From assembly GCA_031370785.1 (NCBI GenBank), contig JANMQY010000079.1, positions 32,001 to 96,000 on the forward strand: 64,000 nt of DNA. The letters are read 5' to 3'. The notes under the pieces were generated by a model. It made no database searches, was not told the DNA's origin, and saw only the letters and a program-made list of their open reading frames with translations. Each line of letters opens with the position of its first letter. Positions within the stretch are counted from its first letter, which is position 1. The translations under genes and the position numbers were made by a program. Shown here one piece after another: positions 47,943 through 57,419 of the stretch. Source of the stretch: Candidatus Eiseniibacteriota bacterium. Its GTDB lineage: Bacteria; Eisenbacteria; RBG-16-71-46.

Positions 47943-49520
47943 ATGACGGTCTCGAGATTCAGTCGCAGGGTACTCATCATCATCGGGCTCGGCGTGGCGC
48001 TCCCCGCGCTGCTGCTGGCCTTCATCGGTATCTCGCTGACCCTGCGCATCGGCCGCGCGGTCGAAGACTCCACGATCCGCTACAACTCGTACATGGCGCA
48101 GCAGGTGGCCGAGGCGTTCGAGCTCGAGCTGCTCGCGCACCTGCGCCTTTCGATTGCGCTGGCCGAGAACGCCTCCCAGCGTGGCGAAGACGCGGCCGGC
48201 GTCCGCCGCGCGCTCGAGGCGGGCTCCAACGAGTTCGGACCAGCGCACGTGGTCTCGATCAACGAACTCTCGCAATTCGCGCTGCGCGTGATGGAATCCG
48301 AGCCGGTCGTGTACGGCGAGCGCGCCGACGGCCGCTGGTTCGCCGGGATCATGCTGCACAACGCGAGCGGTGAGCTCACCGGCGCGGGCGGCTGGTGGTT
48401 CGATCCGGGCGTGTTCCTGCGCCAGCATCTCGAATCGGTGGTGCAGGACCGGCTGCCCTCGAACCCGCGCATGTACGGCGGCTTCGAGTCCACGCGCCGC
48501 CTCAGCATCGAGCTGCTCGACTCGACCGGCACGCGGATCGCCGCGGTGCGCGAGCCCTACAATCGCAGCGAGGGACGCAGCTCGCGGCTGGAGGCTCCGT
48601 TCGAGGGCTACCAGGTGCGGGTCGGGGTCACCTCGAGCGCACCGGCGGTATGGACCCAGCGCTTCGTGCTGCTCGAGGTGGCCTTCATCGGGCTCATGGG
48701 CCTGGTGATCCTGCTGGCCACGATCTTCGGACTGCGCTACACGGTACGTCAGCTCGAGCTGGCCCAGCTCAAGTCCGGGTTCGTCTCCAATGTGACCCAC
48801 GAGCTCAAGACTCCGATCGCGCTCATCCGGCTGGCGGTCGAAACCCTCGAAATGGGCCGATTCCGCTCTCCGGAAGAGGGCCAGAAGTTCCTGCAGACCA
48901 TTGCCCGCGAGGCCGACCGGCTCTCCCAGCTGGTCGATAACATCCTCGATTTCGCCCGTTTGGAGTCGGGTCGGGCCACTTTCCGCCTGGAGGTGCTCGA
49001 TCCGGGGGAAGTCATCCGCGAGACCCTCGAAACTTTCCGGCCGCGTCTGGACGCCGAGGGGTTTAAAGTCGAGGTGGAGATTCCCGAACAGCTTCCGGCG
49101 ATTCGGGCTGACGGACGGGCCCTCAGTCACGCGCTCCTCAACCTGCTCGACAACGCGGTCAAATATTCGCGCCAGAGGCGCGAAATACGAATCTCGGCCG
49201 GGGCGCGCGATGGAGAGGTGCGCATCTCGGTCGCAGACCGGGGCATCGGCATCGCCCCCGGAGATCAGGAGAAGGTGTTCGACAAGTTCGTTCGGCTCGA
49301 GACCGGACTGGTGCACGACACAAAGGGCGCCGGACTCGGGCTGTCGCTGGTCAATCAGATCGTCCGCGCACATGGCGGGCGTGTCGAGCTGGTGAGCACG
49401 CCCGGAGAGGGCAGCACGTTCACACTGGTGTTGCCGATCGCGGAGGAAGAATGGACCGCGAGCTCGGGCCCGGCAGCGCCGGAGGCTCAGCACTCGCCGC
49501 GGGCCCGTACCGGATCGTGA
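47943..49520 (+). CDS. Membrane sensor histidine kinase
   Basis: Two TM segments, FVSNVTHELKTP, NLLDNAVKY and GAGLGL. Confidence 0.9.
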   Translation: MTVSRFSRRVLIIIGLGVALPALLLAFIGISLTLRIGRAVEDSTIRYNSYMAQQVAEAFELELLAHLRLSIALAENASQRGEDAAGVRRALEAGSNEFGPAHVVSINELSQFALRVMESEPVVYGERADGRWFAGIMLHNASGELTGAGGWWFDPGVFLRQHLESVVQDRLPSNPRMYGGFESTRRLSIELLDSTGTRIAAVREPYNRSEGRSSRLEAPFEGYQVRVGVTSSAPAVWTQRFVLLEVAFIGLMGLVILLATIFGLRYTVRQLELAQLKSGFVSNVTHELKTPIALIRLAVETLEMGRFRSPEEGQKFLQTIAREADRLSQLVDNILDFARLESGRATFRLEVLDPGEVIRETLETFRPRLDAEGFKVEVEIPEQLPAIRADGRALSHALLNLLDNAVKYSRQRREIRISAGARDGEVRISVADRGIGIAPGDQEKVFDKFVRLETGLVHDTKGAGLGLSLVNQIVRAHGGRVELVSTPGEGSTFTLVLPIAEEEWTASSGPAAPEAQHSPRARTGS

Positions 49521-49539
49521 ACCATCGGAGAGGAACGTC

Positions 49540-50241
49540 ATGACTGAGCCGCATCGGGTGCTGATCGTTGAAGACGAGGAGGGGCTGCTCGACGGACTGG
49601 CCCACAACTTCCGCTTCGAGGGCTACGAGGTGCTCACGGCGCGCAACGGCGCCGAGGGACTGAAGCTCGCGCTCAAGCAGAAGCCGGACGTGGTCGTGCT
49701 CGACATCATGCTGCCCGAGAAGGACGGCTTCACCGTGCTGAAGGAGCTGCGTCAGCGCCATCGCGACATCCCGGTGCTGGTGATGACCGCGCGCAACTTC
49801 GAGGCCGACGTGCTCAAAGGCTTCGACCTCGGCGCAGACGACTACGTGACCAAGCCGTTCGGCATCAAGGAGCTGATGGCGCGGGTCAAGCGCCTGATCC
49901 AGCGTGGCCCTTCAGGAGCGCCTGGGCCGGCGACCACGACATACAAGTTCGGAGACGTCGAAGTGCGCTTCGAGCCGCGCGAGGTGCTGAAGGTCGGCAA
50001 GCCGGTCGCGCTCTCGTACAAGGAGTTCGAGCTGCTCAAGTACCTGATCGAGCACCGCGGGCGCACCGTCTCCCGCGAGGAGCTGCTCGAGGAGATCTGG
50101 GACGTGGACGAGGAGCTGGGCATCACCACGCGTACCGTGGACACCCACGTCTCGAACCTGCGCAGCAAGCTCGGCGCCGGATTCGCGCAGCCGTTCATCG
50201 TCGCGGTTCACAAGGTCGGGTACAAGTTCGTCGAGCCGTGA
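49540..50241 (+). CDS. OmpR family response regulator
   Basis: IVEDE, LDIMLP, KPF and TRTVDTHVSNLR. Confidence 0.92.
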   Translation: MTEPHRVLIVEDEEGLLDGLAHNFRFEGYEVLTARNGAEGLKLALKQKPDVVVLDIMLPEKDGFTVLKELRQRHRDIPVLVMTARNFEADVLKGFDLGADDYVTKPFGIKELMARVKRLIQRGPSGAPGPATTTYKFGDVEVRFEPREVLKVGKPVALSYKEFELLKYLIEHRGRTVSREELLEEIWDVDEELGITTRTVDTHVSNLRSKLGAGFAQPFIVAVHKVGYKFVEP

Positions 50242-50511
50242 GCTAGAGGCGGGACGCCGAGTCGCGGCGAGGCGGATCGAAGATTTTTCTTGACGCCCTT
50301 CTTGACTCCGACTTCGCGCGACCCGAGGCCCGTGTGCGAACCGCGCGCCTGCGCGCACGCCGTGGGCGCTGGCGAGATCAGACGGCCGAGTCACGAAATT
50401 TCTCGTCGCAGCTGGCGCATCGCGCGCAGCGCGCATGCACGGAAGCCGCAAAGCCTCGTGATATGAAGTGACGGTTGCCCCCGCGATGTGTCTTCTTCGC
50501 GGAGTCCCGTC

Positions 50512-51842
50512 ATGAAGTCCTACTCGTTGTCGCATCTCGATGATCGCGCCCTGCTGCGCGACCTGGCCACGCTCGTCTCGCAGGATCGCGCCACGACTGC
50601 CGCGCTCCTGGCTCACCTCGGCGAGGTGGACGAGCGCCGGCTCTACGTGCCGGCGGCGTACCCCTCGATGTACCTCTACTGCGTGAAAGAGCTGCGCATG
50701 TCTGAGGATGTGGCGTACAAGCGCATCCGTGCTGCGCGAACGGCGCGGCAGCACCCGGCAATCTTCCCCGCGCTCGCGGACGGTCGCCTGAACCTGACGG
50801 CGGTGCTGCTCCTGACGCCCTGCCTGACTCCGGAGACGCCGAAGGAGACGGCGGACCAGCTGCTGGCTGCGGCCGCGCACAAGTCCAACGCCGAGATCGA
50901 GCTGCTGCTCGCCGAGCGCTTCCCGCAACCGGATGTACCGACTCTCGTGCAGCCCATCGGGGCGCCGATGGCCACGGGCGAACTGGCCGGGCCCGTTGAG
51001 TCGCCCTCGCTCGAACTGGCCGTGCGGCCAGTTGGAGGCCTTGCCTTGCAACGGGTTCCAGTATCGGCTGCTTCATCCGCCCCACCACTCGTTCCGGAAC
51101 GAGTTGATCATCCGTCGCGCGCGAAGCTCGCACCTCTCTCGCCCGGCCGGTACGCGCTGCAGGTCACCGTGGATCAGGAGACCCAGGACCAGCTCCGCTA
51201 CGCACAGGCGCTGCTCGGTCATGCGGTGCCTTCGGGCGACGTCGCGACAGTGCTCAAGCGGGCGCTCGACTCGCTGGTCCAGGAGCTCGAGAAGCGCAAG
51301 TTCGCCAGGTGTGCCCGCTCGCGTCCGCGGCGCAGCTCGGCGAACAGCCGGTACGTCCCCGCCGAGATCCGGCGCAGCCAGTGCACGTTCGTCAGCGAGG
51401 ACGGAAGACGATGCGAGGCGCGCAGCCGACTGGAGTTCGATCACGTGGCCCGGTCGCGCGTGGTGGGCAGACGACGGCGGATCGGATGCGGCTGCGGTGC
51501 CGGGCGCACAACCAGTACACGGCCGAGTGCACATTCGGCGCCGGATTCATGCGCGAGAAGCGTCAGAGCAGGACGGGGCCGGCGCGCGAGCGTGCCCAGG
51601 CGCGTGTGCAGAAGCGAGCGCAAGCGCAGAATCAGTCGCAGCCTGTAGCCACGGCGACAGAAGCGAGTCAGGCGGACGTGATTGCCTGTCTTCACGAGCT
51701 CCGGTTCAGCGCCCAGGAAGCGCGCCGAGGAGCCGCGCTCTGCGCGGACATCCCCGACGCTCCGCTCGAGCAACGAGTGCGCGTCGCGCTGCGGAGCCTC
51801 GCTCCGAACTGCGTGCGCCGGCCCGCGCCCGTGGCTTCATGA
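50512..51842 (+). pseudogene. Frameshifted DUF222-like/HNH endonuclease repeat-family gene with RuvA-C-like tail
   Basis: MKSYSLSHLDD..LLAHLGEVDERRLY...QCTFVSEDGRRCEARSRLEFDHV, then the HNH half PVARGG...LRCRAHNQY continues in another frame (ORF 51309..51842). The shift is near 51450. Confidence 0.72.
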
Positions 51843-51903
51843 TAGCGCCGGGCTGCTAGCGGGCACCGATCAGTCGTCCCATGCAAACATGAACGGACGG
51901 CTG

Positions 51904-52149
51904 TCAGCCATCGTACCTCTCATCCGAATCGCTCTGGCTCCACTTCGGGAGTCCGCAATGAAGGCACTTCCGAGTGAAGGGATTGGAATACCACGGGCTC
52001 CAAAAAAAACATGTGATGGCATCTGGGACAGCGGAAACAAATAAGGCGAATTTCAGCGACGAGAAACGCAGCCAACCATGTCAGGCCGAGGAGGCAGAAT
52101 ACCGTCTGTAATCGTTCCACGCAGGATCAAATCCAGGGCGATCACTCAT
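51904..52149 (-). pseudogene. Low-GC remnant of a small membrane Zn-ribbon protein
   Basis: Three frame segments: MSDRPGFDPAWNDYRR / VFCLLGLTWLAAFLVAEIRLICFRCPRCHHMFF / WSPWYSNPFTRKCLHCGLPKW..*. The second shift lies in an A8 run at 52002-52009. Confidence 0.55.
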
Positions 52150-52184
52150 GGTCCGAGCCTAAGTAGAAAGCCATTGCACTTCAT

Positions 52185-53120
52185 CTACACATAATCCGCC
52201 GCCGCCCGCGCCAGCTTCGCGAACTCTTCGAGGGTCAGCGTCTCGCCGCGGCGATGCGGATCGATCGCGGCGTGGCGGCACAGGCGCTCGATCTTTTCCT
52301 TGCCCAGGCCGAGCGGCTCTTCGAGCGTGTTCATCAGCTGCTTGCGCCGCATCTGGAACGAGCCGCGGATGATGCGGAACAGCAGCTCTTCGCTCGGCAC
52401 CTCGACCGGCGGGTGCTCGCGCAGGAAGAATCGCACCAGCATGCTGTCGACCTCGGGCCGCGGCCAGAACGCCGAGGCCTTGATCGTCATGAGCGGTTCG
52501 AGCAGCGCATGGTAGCGCGCGAACAGGGTGAGCGATCCGTATTCCGGTGTGCCGGCGGCGGCGGCGAGGCGCTGGGCGTATTCCTTCTGCACCAGCAGCA
52601 CCGCGCTGCGGATCACGGCGCGCTGCTCGAAGAGGCGCTCGAGAATCGGCGTGGTCACGTAATACGGAATATTGCCGACCACCACCAGCTTCTCGACTCC
52701 CTGCGCCTTCGCGGCGGCGGCGAGGTCGAACTCGAGGAAGTCGCCTTCGACGATCTCGACCCGCGGCCACTCGGCCATCTCCTCGCGCAGGAGCGCGGTG
52801 AGGCCGATGTCCTTCTCGACCGCCACCACCTGGCGCACGCGGCGAGCGATGCGCGGGGTGAGCGCGCCGGCGCCGGGGCCGATCTCCACCACCACATCGT
52901 CCTCGCGCAGGTGGCAGTGCTCGACGATGCGCTCGCTCAGTTCTTCCCGGACCAGGAAGTTCTGCCCGAATCGCTTGCGTGGCGACAGTCCTCGCACGGC
53001 GAGCGCGTCCTTCACCCGGCGCAGCTCCCCGCCCTCGGCGGCGGCTTTCTCGCGGATGTAGGTCGAGGCGCGTGACGCGCGGGGTTGGGCGGCGCGGTAG
53101 TCGAAGCGGGGGCGCGTCAT
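52185..53120 (-). CDS. rsmA: 16S rRNA m6,2A dimethyltransferase
   Basis: PRKRFGQNFL, VEIGPGAGALT, VGNIPYYVTTPIL and RGETL. Confidence 0.95.
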   Translation of the reverse strand: MTRPRFDYRAAQPRASRASTYIREKAAAEGGELRRVKDALAVRGLSPRKRFGQNFLVREELSERIVEHCHLREDDVVVEIGPGAGALTPRIARRVRQVVAVEKDIGLTALLREEMAEWPRVEIVEGDFLEFDLAAAAKAQGVEKLVVVGNIPYYVTTPILERLFEQRAVIRSAVLLVQKEYAQRLAAAAGTPEYGSLTLFARYHALLEPLMTIKASAFWPRPEVDSMLVRFFLREHPPVEVPSEELLFRIIRGSFQMRRKQLMNTLEEPLGLGKEKIERLCRHAAIDPHRRGETLTLEEFAKLARAAADYV

Positions 53121-53152
53121 GGAAAGAGTGTAAGGGCGCTGCTCTCGATTCG

Positions 53153-54217
53153 CTAAGCGCGCGATCCCTGATCGTGAAAGCCGCCGGCGAGCGCTTCCTC
53201 GGCGATGTCGCGCGCGTATGCGTCGCTCGACTGCTGCGTCACGCCGAGGAGCGCGGCGCGACCTTCCGCGCCGAGCGCGGCGAGCGCATACGCCGCGTGA
53301 TGGCGCACCCACCACGCGCGGTCCGGCAGCGCGGCGACCAGCGGCGCGATCGCCTCGGTCGCGCCGATCCGGCCCAGCGCCCATGCCGCCTGCGCACGCA
53401 CCTGCCACGCTTCATCGCCGAGGGCCTGCGCCAGCGCACTCGCGGTCTCGCGCGCTTCGAGCCGGCCCAGCGAGCGTGCGGCGGCGACCCGCACGTCGAC
53501 CAGCGGATGCGTCAGCCGGTTCGCAATCGCCGGCACCGCCGCGCGCAGTCCGCCGATGCCGAGCGTCTCGATCAGCGCGTGCTCCAGCTCGGGCGCGCGG
53601 CCGGCCTCGAGCGCGGCGAGCAGGTCGGGTTTGGCGGCGCGCCCGAACGAGCGGAGCAGCGCGATCCGGGCGCGCGGAGTGCGCCGCGCGAAGACCTCGG
53701 AATGGCCGAGCACCCAGCGCAAGGCGGCGCGGTCGCGATGGCGCGCTAGCGAGAGCGCGGCCGTGAAAGCCACCGCCTCGGGCCCGCTGACCAGCGCGCG
53801 GCGGAGCGCGCGGCGCGAGGCCGGCGAGCGCAGCAACCCGAGCCGGCGTGCCGCCAGCTCGCGGCGCAGCGGCGAGTCGTCGCTGAGCGCGCGGCGTTCG
53901 GCCGCGCAGTGGCGATTGCGCTCCAGCTCGCGCGCGAGCGCCGGCCACGCCGGCCCCCGCCATTCGAGCCCCAGGGTTTCGATCGCGCTCCAGAACGCCG
54001 CGCTCGAAGCGCGCGCTGCGTCGCGGCGCATCGCGGATGCCGCGCCGCGCCCGGTGAGGAAGCGCTCGAAGCGCAGGTGCAGAGCGCGCACGATCTCGCG
54101 CTGCCGGCGGCGCTCGGCCCGGGCCGCGACGCCGGCCAGCGCCCCGAACGCGCCGATCGCGAGCAGCACGGCGGCCAGAGCGGCGAGCGCGTAGATGACG
54201 GCGGGATTCACTCGCAT
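53153..54217 (-). CDS. Membrane-anchored HEAT/PBS-repeat protein
   Basis: N-terminal TM; VRVAAARSLGRL, WQVRAQAAWALG and WWVRHHAAYAL. Confidence 0.78.
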   Translation of the reverse strand: MRVNPAVIYALAALAAVLLAIGAFGALAGVAARAERRRQREIVRALHLRFERFLTGRGAASAMRRDAARASSAAFWSAIETLGLEWRGPAWPALARELERNRHCAAERRALSDDSPLRRELAARRLGLLRSPASRRALRRALVSGPEAVAFTAALSLARHRDRAALRWVLGHSEVFARRTPRARIALLRSFGRAAKPDLLAALEAGRAPELEHALIETLGIGGLRAAVPAIANRLTHPLVDVRVAAARSLGRLEARETASALAQALGDEAWQVRAQAAWALGRIGATEAIAPLVAALPDRAWWVRHHAAYALAALGAEGRAALLGVTQQSSDAYARDIAEEALAGGFHDQGSRA

Positions 54218-54221
54218 GTCC

Positions 54222-54986
54222 TTACGCGATCGGGAGCCGGAACAGCGCTTTCGCGTTCGCGGTGGTGATGCGATCGGCCTCGTCGGTGGTCCAGCCGCGA
54301 AGCTCGCACAGCCGCGCCACCACCCGGGGCAGCAGCCCTGGCTCGTTGCGCTTGAGCGTGCGCGGCTCGGGCTCGAGGTAGGGCGCGTCGGTCTCCAGCA
54401 CCAGCATGTCGTCCGGTGCGGTGGACACCGCCTCGTCGAGCGGCGCGTGCCCGTAGGTGATGCTGCCCCCGATCCCGAGCTTGAATCCGATCGCCTTCGC
54501 GCGCTCGACTGCGGCGAATCCATCGTCGAAGCAGTGCAGGACGCCACCGGCCCTGGGGGCTGCCTTCTCCAGAATGGAAAGCGTCTCTTCGAGCGCGTTC
54601 CGCTGATGGATCACGACCGGCAGACCCAGCTCATCGGCAAGCACCAACTGCTCGTGAAACCAGCGTTCCTGATCCTCGCGCGGGGCATGGTCGCGATGGA
54701 AGTCGAGACCGGTCTCGCCGATCGCCACGACGCGCGCATGCCGCGCCTGATCGCGCAGCGCGTCGAGGAATGCCATCGGCACGCGCCCGGCTTCGCTCGG
54801 ATGGACGCCGAGCGAGAGGAACAGGTTCGGATGCCGCCCCGCGAGCGCGAACGCGGGATCGAGCAGCGTCGGCGCGTAGGCGATCTCGACGAAGTGCCGG
54901 ACGCCCGACGCGTGCGCTCGCTCGATCACCTGCTCGCGGTCCCTGTCGAATCTTCGATCGCACAGATGGCAGTGGGTGTCGATCAT
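54222..54986 (-). CDS. tatD: TatD family hydrolase
   Basis: MIDTHCHL, GVHP, AIGETGLD, VLHCF and ETDAPYL. Confidence 0.93.
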   Translation of the reverse strand: MIDTHCHLCDRRFDRDREQVIERAHASGVRHFVEIAYAPTLLDPAFALAGRHPNLFLSLGVHPSEAGRVPMAFLDALRDQARHARVVAIGETGLDFHRDHAPREDQERWFHEQLVLADELGLPVVIHQRNALEETLSILEKAAPRAGGVLHCFDDGFAAVERAKAIGFKLGIGGSITYGHAPLDEAVSTAPDDMLVLETDAPYLEPEPRTLKRNEPGLLPRVVARLCELRGWTTDEADRITTANAKALFRLPIA

Positions 54987-54991
54987 GGTCC

Positions 54992-56713
54992 CTAGCTCGT
55001 CCGCGCGTCGGCCTCGAGCGCAATCCGCGGGAACAGGATGCCGGTCTCGCCCAGCGTTCGCGCGGTCGCGGCGCCGAAGTGCGGGCGCGCCTCTTCGCCG
55101 CGCGTGGTGCCGGGCTTGCCGGGCAAGCCGAGCATGGTCCACAGGGTTTCGCTGCGCGCCGGAATGGCGGGCCACGCCCAGATTGCGACCAGGCGCAGCG
55201 CTTCGAGAAGCGCCGAGAGCACGGTGCCGAGCTCTTCGCGTCTGGCTTCGTCCTTGCCCGACTCCCACGGCCTGGCGCGATCGGTGAACTCGTTGGCGCG
55301 CTCGATCACGCTCCACACGTGCGCGAGCGCGTCGTTGAGACGCAGCTCATCGTAGGCGCCCGGGACCTGGGCCGCGGCCGACTCGGCCGCGGCGACCAGC
55401 GCGGCCAGGGCCTCGCGCGCCGCGACATCAGGAATGGATTGCGGCGCCCAGACGGTCGGCGCGGAGCCGCCGAAATACTTGTGCACCAGCGTCACCGCGC
55501 GGCTCGCCAGGTTGCCGAGCTTGTTCGCGAGGTGGGTGTTGCAGTGCTCGACGAACTGTTCGAGCGTGAACTCACCGTCGCGACCGGTCGGAATCGAATC
55601 GAGCAGGTAGAAGCGCAGTGCATCGGCACCGTAGCGGTCCACCATCTCGACCGGATCGACCGTGTTGCCAAGCGACTTGGAGAGCTTCTCGCCGCGCGCG
55701 TATACGAAGCCGTGCACGTACACCTGGCGCGGGAGCGGTACGCCTGCCGCCAGCAGAAGCGCCGGCCACAGCACGCAGTGGAAGCGGCTGATGTCCTTGC
55801 CGATGAGATGCAGCGCATTCGTGCAGTAGGGCGGCGTGGTGCCGGCCCAGGCCGCGCCCGGCTTTCCCTGTCCGTCGAGGTGCTGGAACTCGTCCTGCCG
55901 CGCCGCGCCCGGGCCGCCGACTTCGTTTTCGCGCGCGAGCCACCACAGCGAGGAGCGACGCTCGGGCCAGCCAATCGCCGAGAGATAGTTGAGCAGCGCG
56001 TCCGCCCACACGTAGACGGTGTGTCCCTCGCTGTCCTCGATCTCGGGTGGAAGCTTGATGCCCCACGGCACGTTGGGGCGGGTGACGCTCACGTCCAGCA
56101 GGCCGGAGCGGATCACGTTGGTCACTTCGTTGCGGCGGTAGTCGGGCTGGATGAATTCCGGGTGTTTCTCGATGTGCTCGAGCAGCGCCTCGTCGTATTC
56201 GGAGAGCCGGAAGAAGAAGTTCGTCTCCTTGATCCTGCGTGGCGCTACCTTGTGGATCGGACACAGGCCATCGATCAGGTCCTTCTCCTGCTTGAACTCC
56301 TCACAGCCCTCGCAGTAGATGCCTTCATAGTCCTTTTCGAACAGCACTGGCTGGCCGGTCTTCGGGCTCAGGGCATCGTTCAGCCGGCGGAACAGCTCCT
56401 GCACGGCCAGCTCGTGACGCGAGTCGGTGGTTCGGATGAACTGGTCGTAGGAGATGTCGAGCTTCTTCCACGCCGCGACGAAGGTGGCCGAGATCTCGTC
56501 GACATAGTCCTGTGGGGTCTTGCCGGCTTCGGCCGCGGCGCGCGCGATCTTCTGCCCGTGCTCGTCGGTCCCGGTCAGGAACCAGGTAGTATCGCCCTGC
56601 TGGCGGTGGTAGCGCGCCAATGCGTCGGCCAGCACCTTCTCGTAGGCATGTCCGAGATGGGGCTTTCCGTTCACGTAGTCGATGGCGGTGGTGACGTAGA
56701 AGCGTCGTGGCAC
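54992..56713 (-). CDS. metG: Methionine-tRNA ligase (short form, no C-terminal tRNA-binding domain)
   Basis: YVTTAIDYVNGKPHLGHAY, TGTDEHGQKI, YVWADAL, IGKDI and KLSKSLGN. GTG at 56713 follows GGAG. Confidence 0.95.
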   Translation of the reverse strand: MPRRFYVTTAIDYVNGKPHLGHAYEKVLADALARYHRQQGDTTWFLTGTDEHGQKIARAAAEAGKTPQDYVDEISATFVAAWKKLDISYDQFIRTTDSRHELAVQELFRRLNDALSPKTGQPVLFEKDYEGIYCEGCEEFKQEKDLIDGLCPIHKVAPRRIKETNFFFRLSEYDEALLEHIEKHPEFIQPDYRRNEVTNVIRSGLLDVSVTRPNVPWGIKLPPEIEDSEGHTVYVWADALLNYLSAIGWPERRSSLWWLARENEVGGPGAARQDEFQHLDGQGKPGAAWAGTTPPYCTNALHLIGKDISRFHCVLWPALLLAAGVPLPRQVYVHGFVYARGEKLSKSLGNTVDPVEMVDRYGADALRFYLLDSIPTGRDGEFTLEQFVEHCNTHLANKLGNLASRAVTLVHKYFGGSAPTVWAPQSIPDVAAREALAALVAAAESAAAQVPGAYDELRLNDALAHVWSVIERANEFTDRARPWESGKDEARREELGTVLSALLEALRLVAIWAWPAIPARSETLWTMLGLPGKPGTTRGEEARPHFGAATARTLGETGILFPRIALEADARTS

Positions 56714-56836
56714 GGTGTCTCCGGGTAGAAAAGGGCGGCGGCGAGTATAGCCCAAACCGAGCGCGGCCCGGGCGAGGCGGCGGGGCTCGCGGCGCGACGC
56801 GCGGGCGCGCGGGCCCTCATGCGCCGGGCGCCGTCC

Positions 56837-56865
56837 GTGATACTCCCGCGGCTCGCCCGTATATT
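56837..56865 (+). promoter_or_regulatory. Sigma70-like promoter giving a probably leaderless ECF sigma mRNA
   Basis: GTGATA-N17-TATATT, ending 7 nt before the ATG at 56873; no RBS. Confidence 0.55.
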
Positions 56866-56872
56866 GAAGTGC

Positions 56873-57406
56873 ATGACCAGCGCAGGCGCGGTGTTCGGGA
56901 GACTCAGGACCTGGGTGGCCCCGGCCGCCGAGGCGGACTGGGATGCGCTTTACGCGGAGCAGCTGCCCCGCGTCTACAACTTCTTCCGCTACCGCGTCGG
57001 GGACGGGCCCGAGGCCGAGGATCTGACCTCGATCACGTTCGAGAAAGCATGGCGAGCGCGCGGCCGTTACCGGCGCGACCTGGCGGCGTTCTCGACCTGG
57101 CTGCTGACCATCGCACGCAACGTGGCGATCGATCATCACCGCCAGCGTCGCGACCATGCGCCGCTGGCGGCGGCCGCGCAGTTGGCCGGAGGCGAGACAC
57201 CCGAGGAGCTGGCGATGCGCCGCTCCGACCGGGAACGCCTCGCCAGTTTGCTGCACTGTCTTCCGGAGCGCGAGCGCGAACTCGTGGCGCTCAAGTACGG
57301 GGCGGGACTCACCAACCGGGCGATTGCCCGGATGACGCAGCTCAGCGAATCCAACGTCGGCACCATCCTGCATCGCACGATCCAGGAGCTGCGGGCCGGC
57401 TGGTAG
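56873..57406 (+). CDS. ECF RNA polymerase sigma factor
   Basis: AEDLTSITFEKAW, FSTWLLTIARNVAID and LPERERELVALKY...IA HTH. Confidence 0.9.
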   Translation: MTSAGAVFGRLRTWVAPAAEADWDALYAEQLPRVYNFFRYRVGDGPEAEDLTSITFEKAWRARGRYRRDLAAFSTWLLTIARNVAIDHHRQRRDHAPLAAAAQLAGGETPEELAMRRSDRERLASLLHCLPERERELVALKYGAGLTNRAIARMTQLSESNVGTILHRTIQELRAGW

Positions 57407-57419
57407 AAGGAGACTCGAG

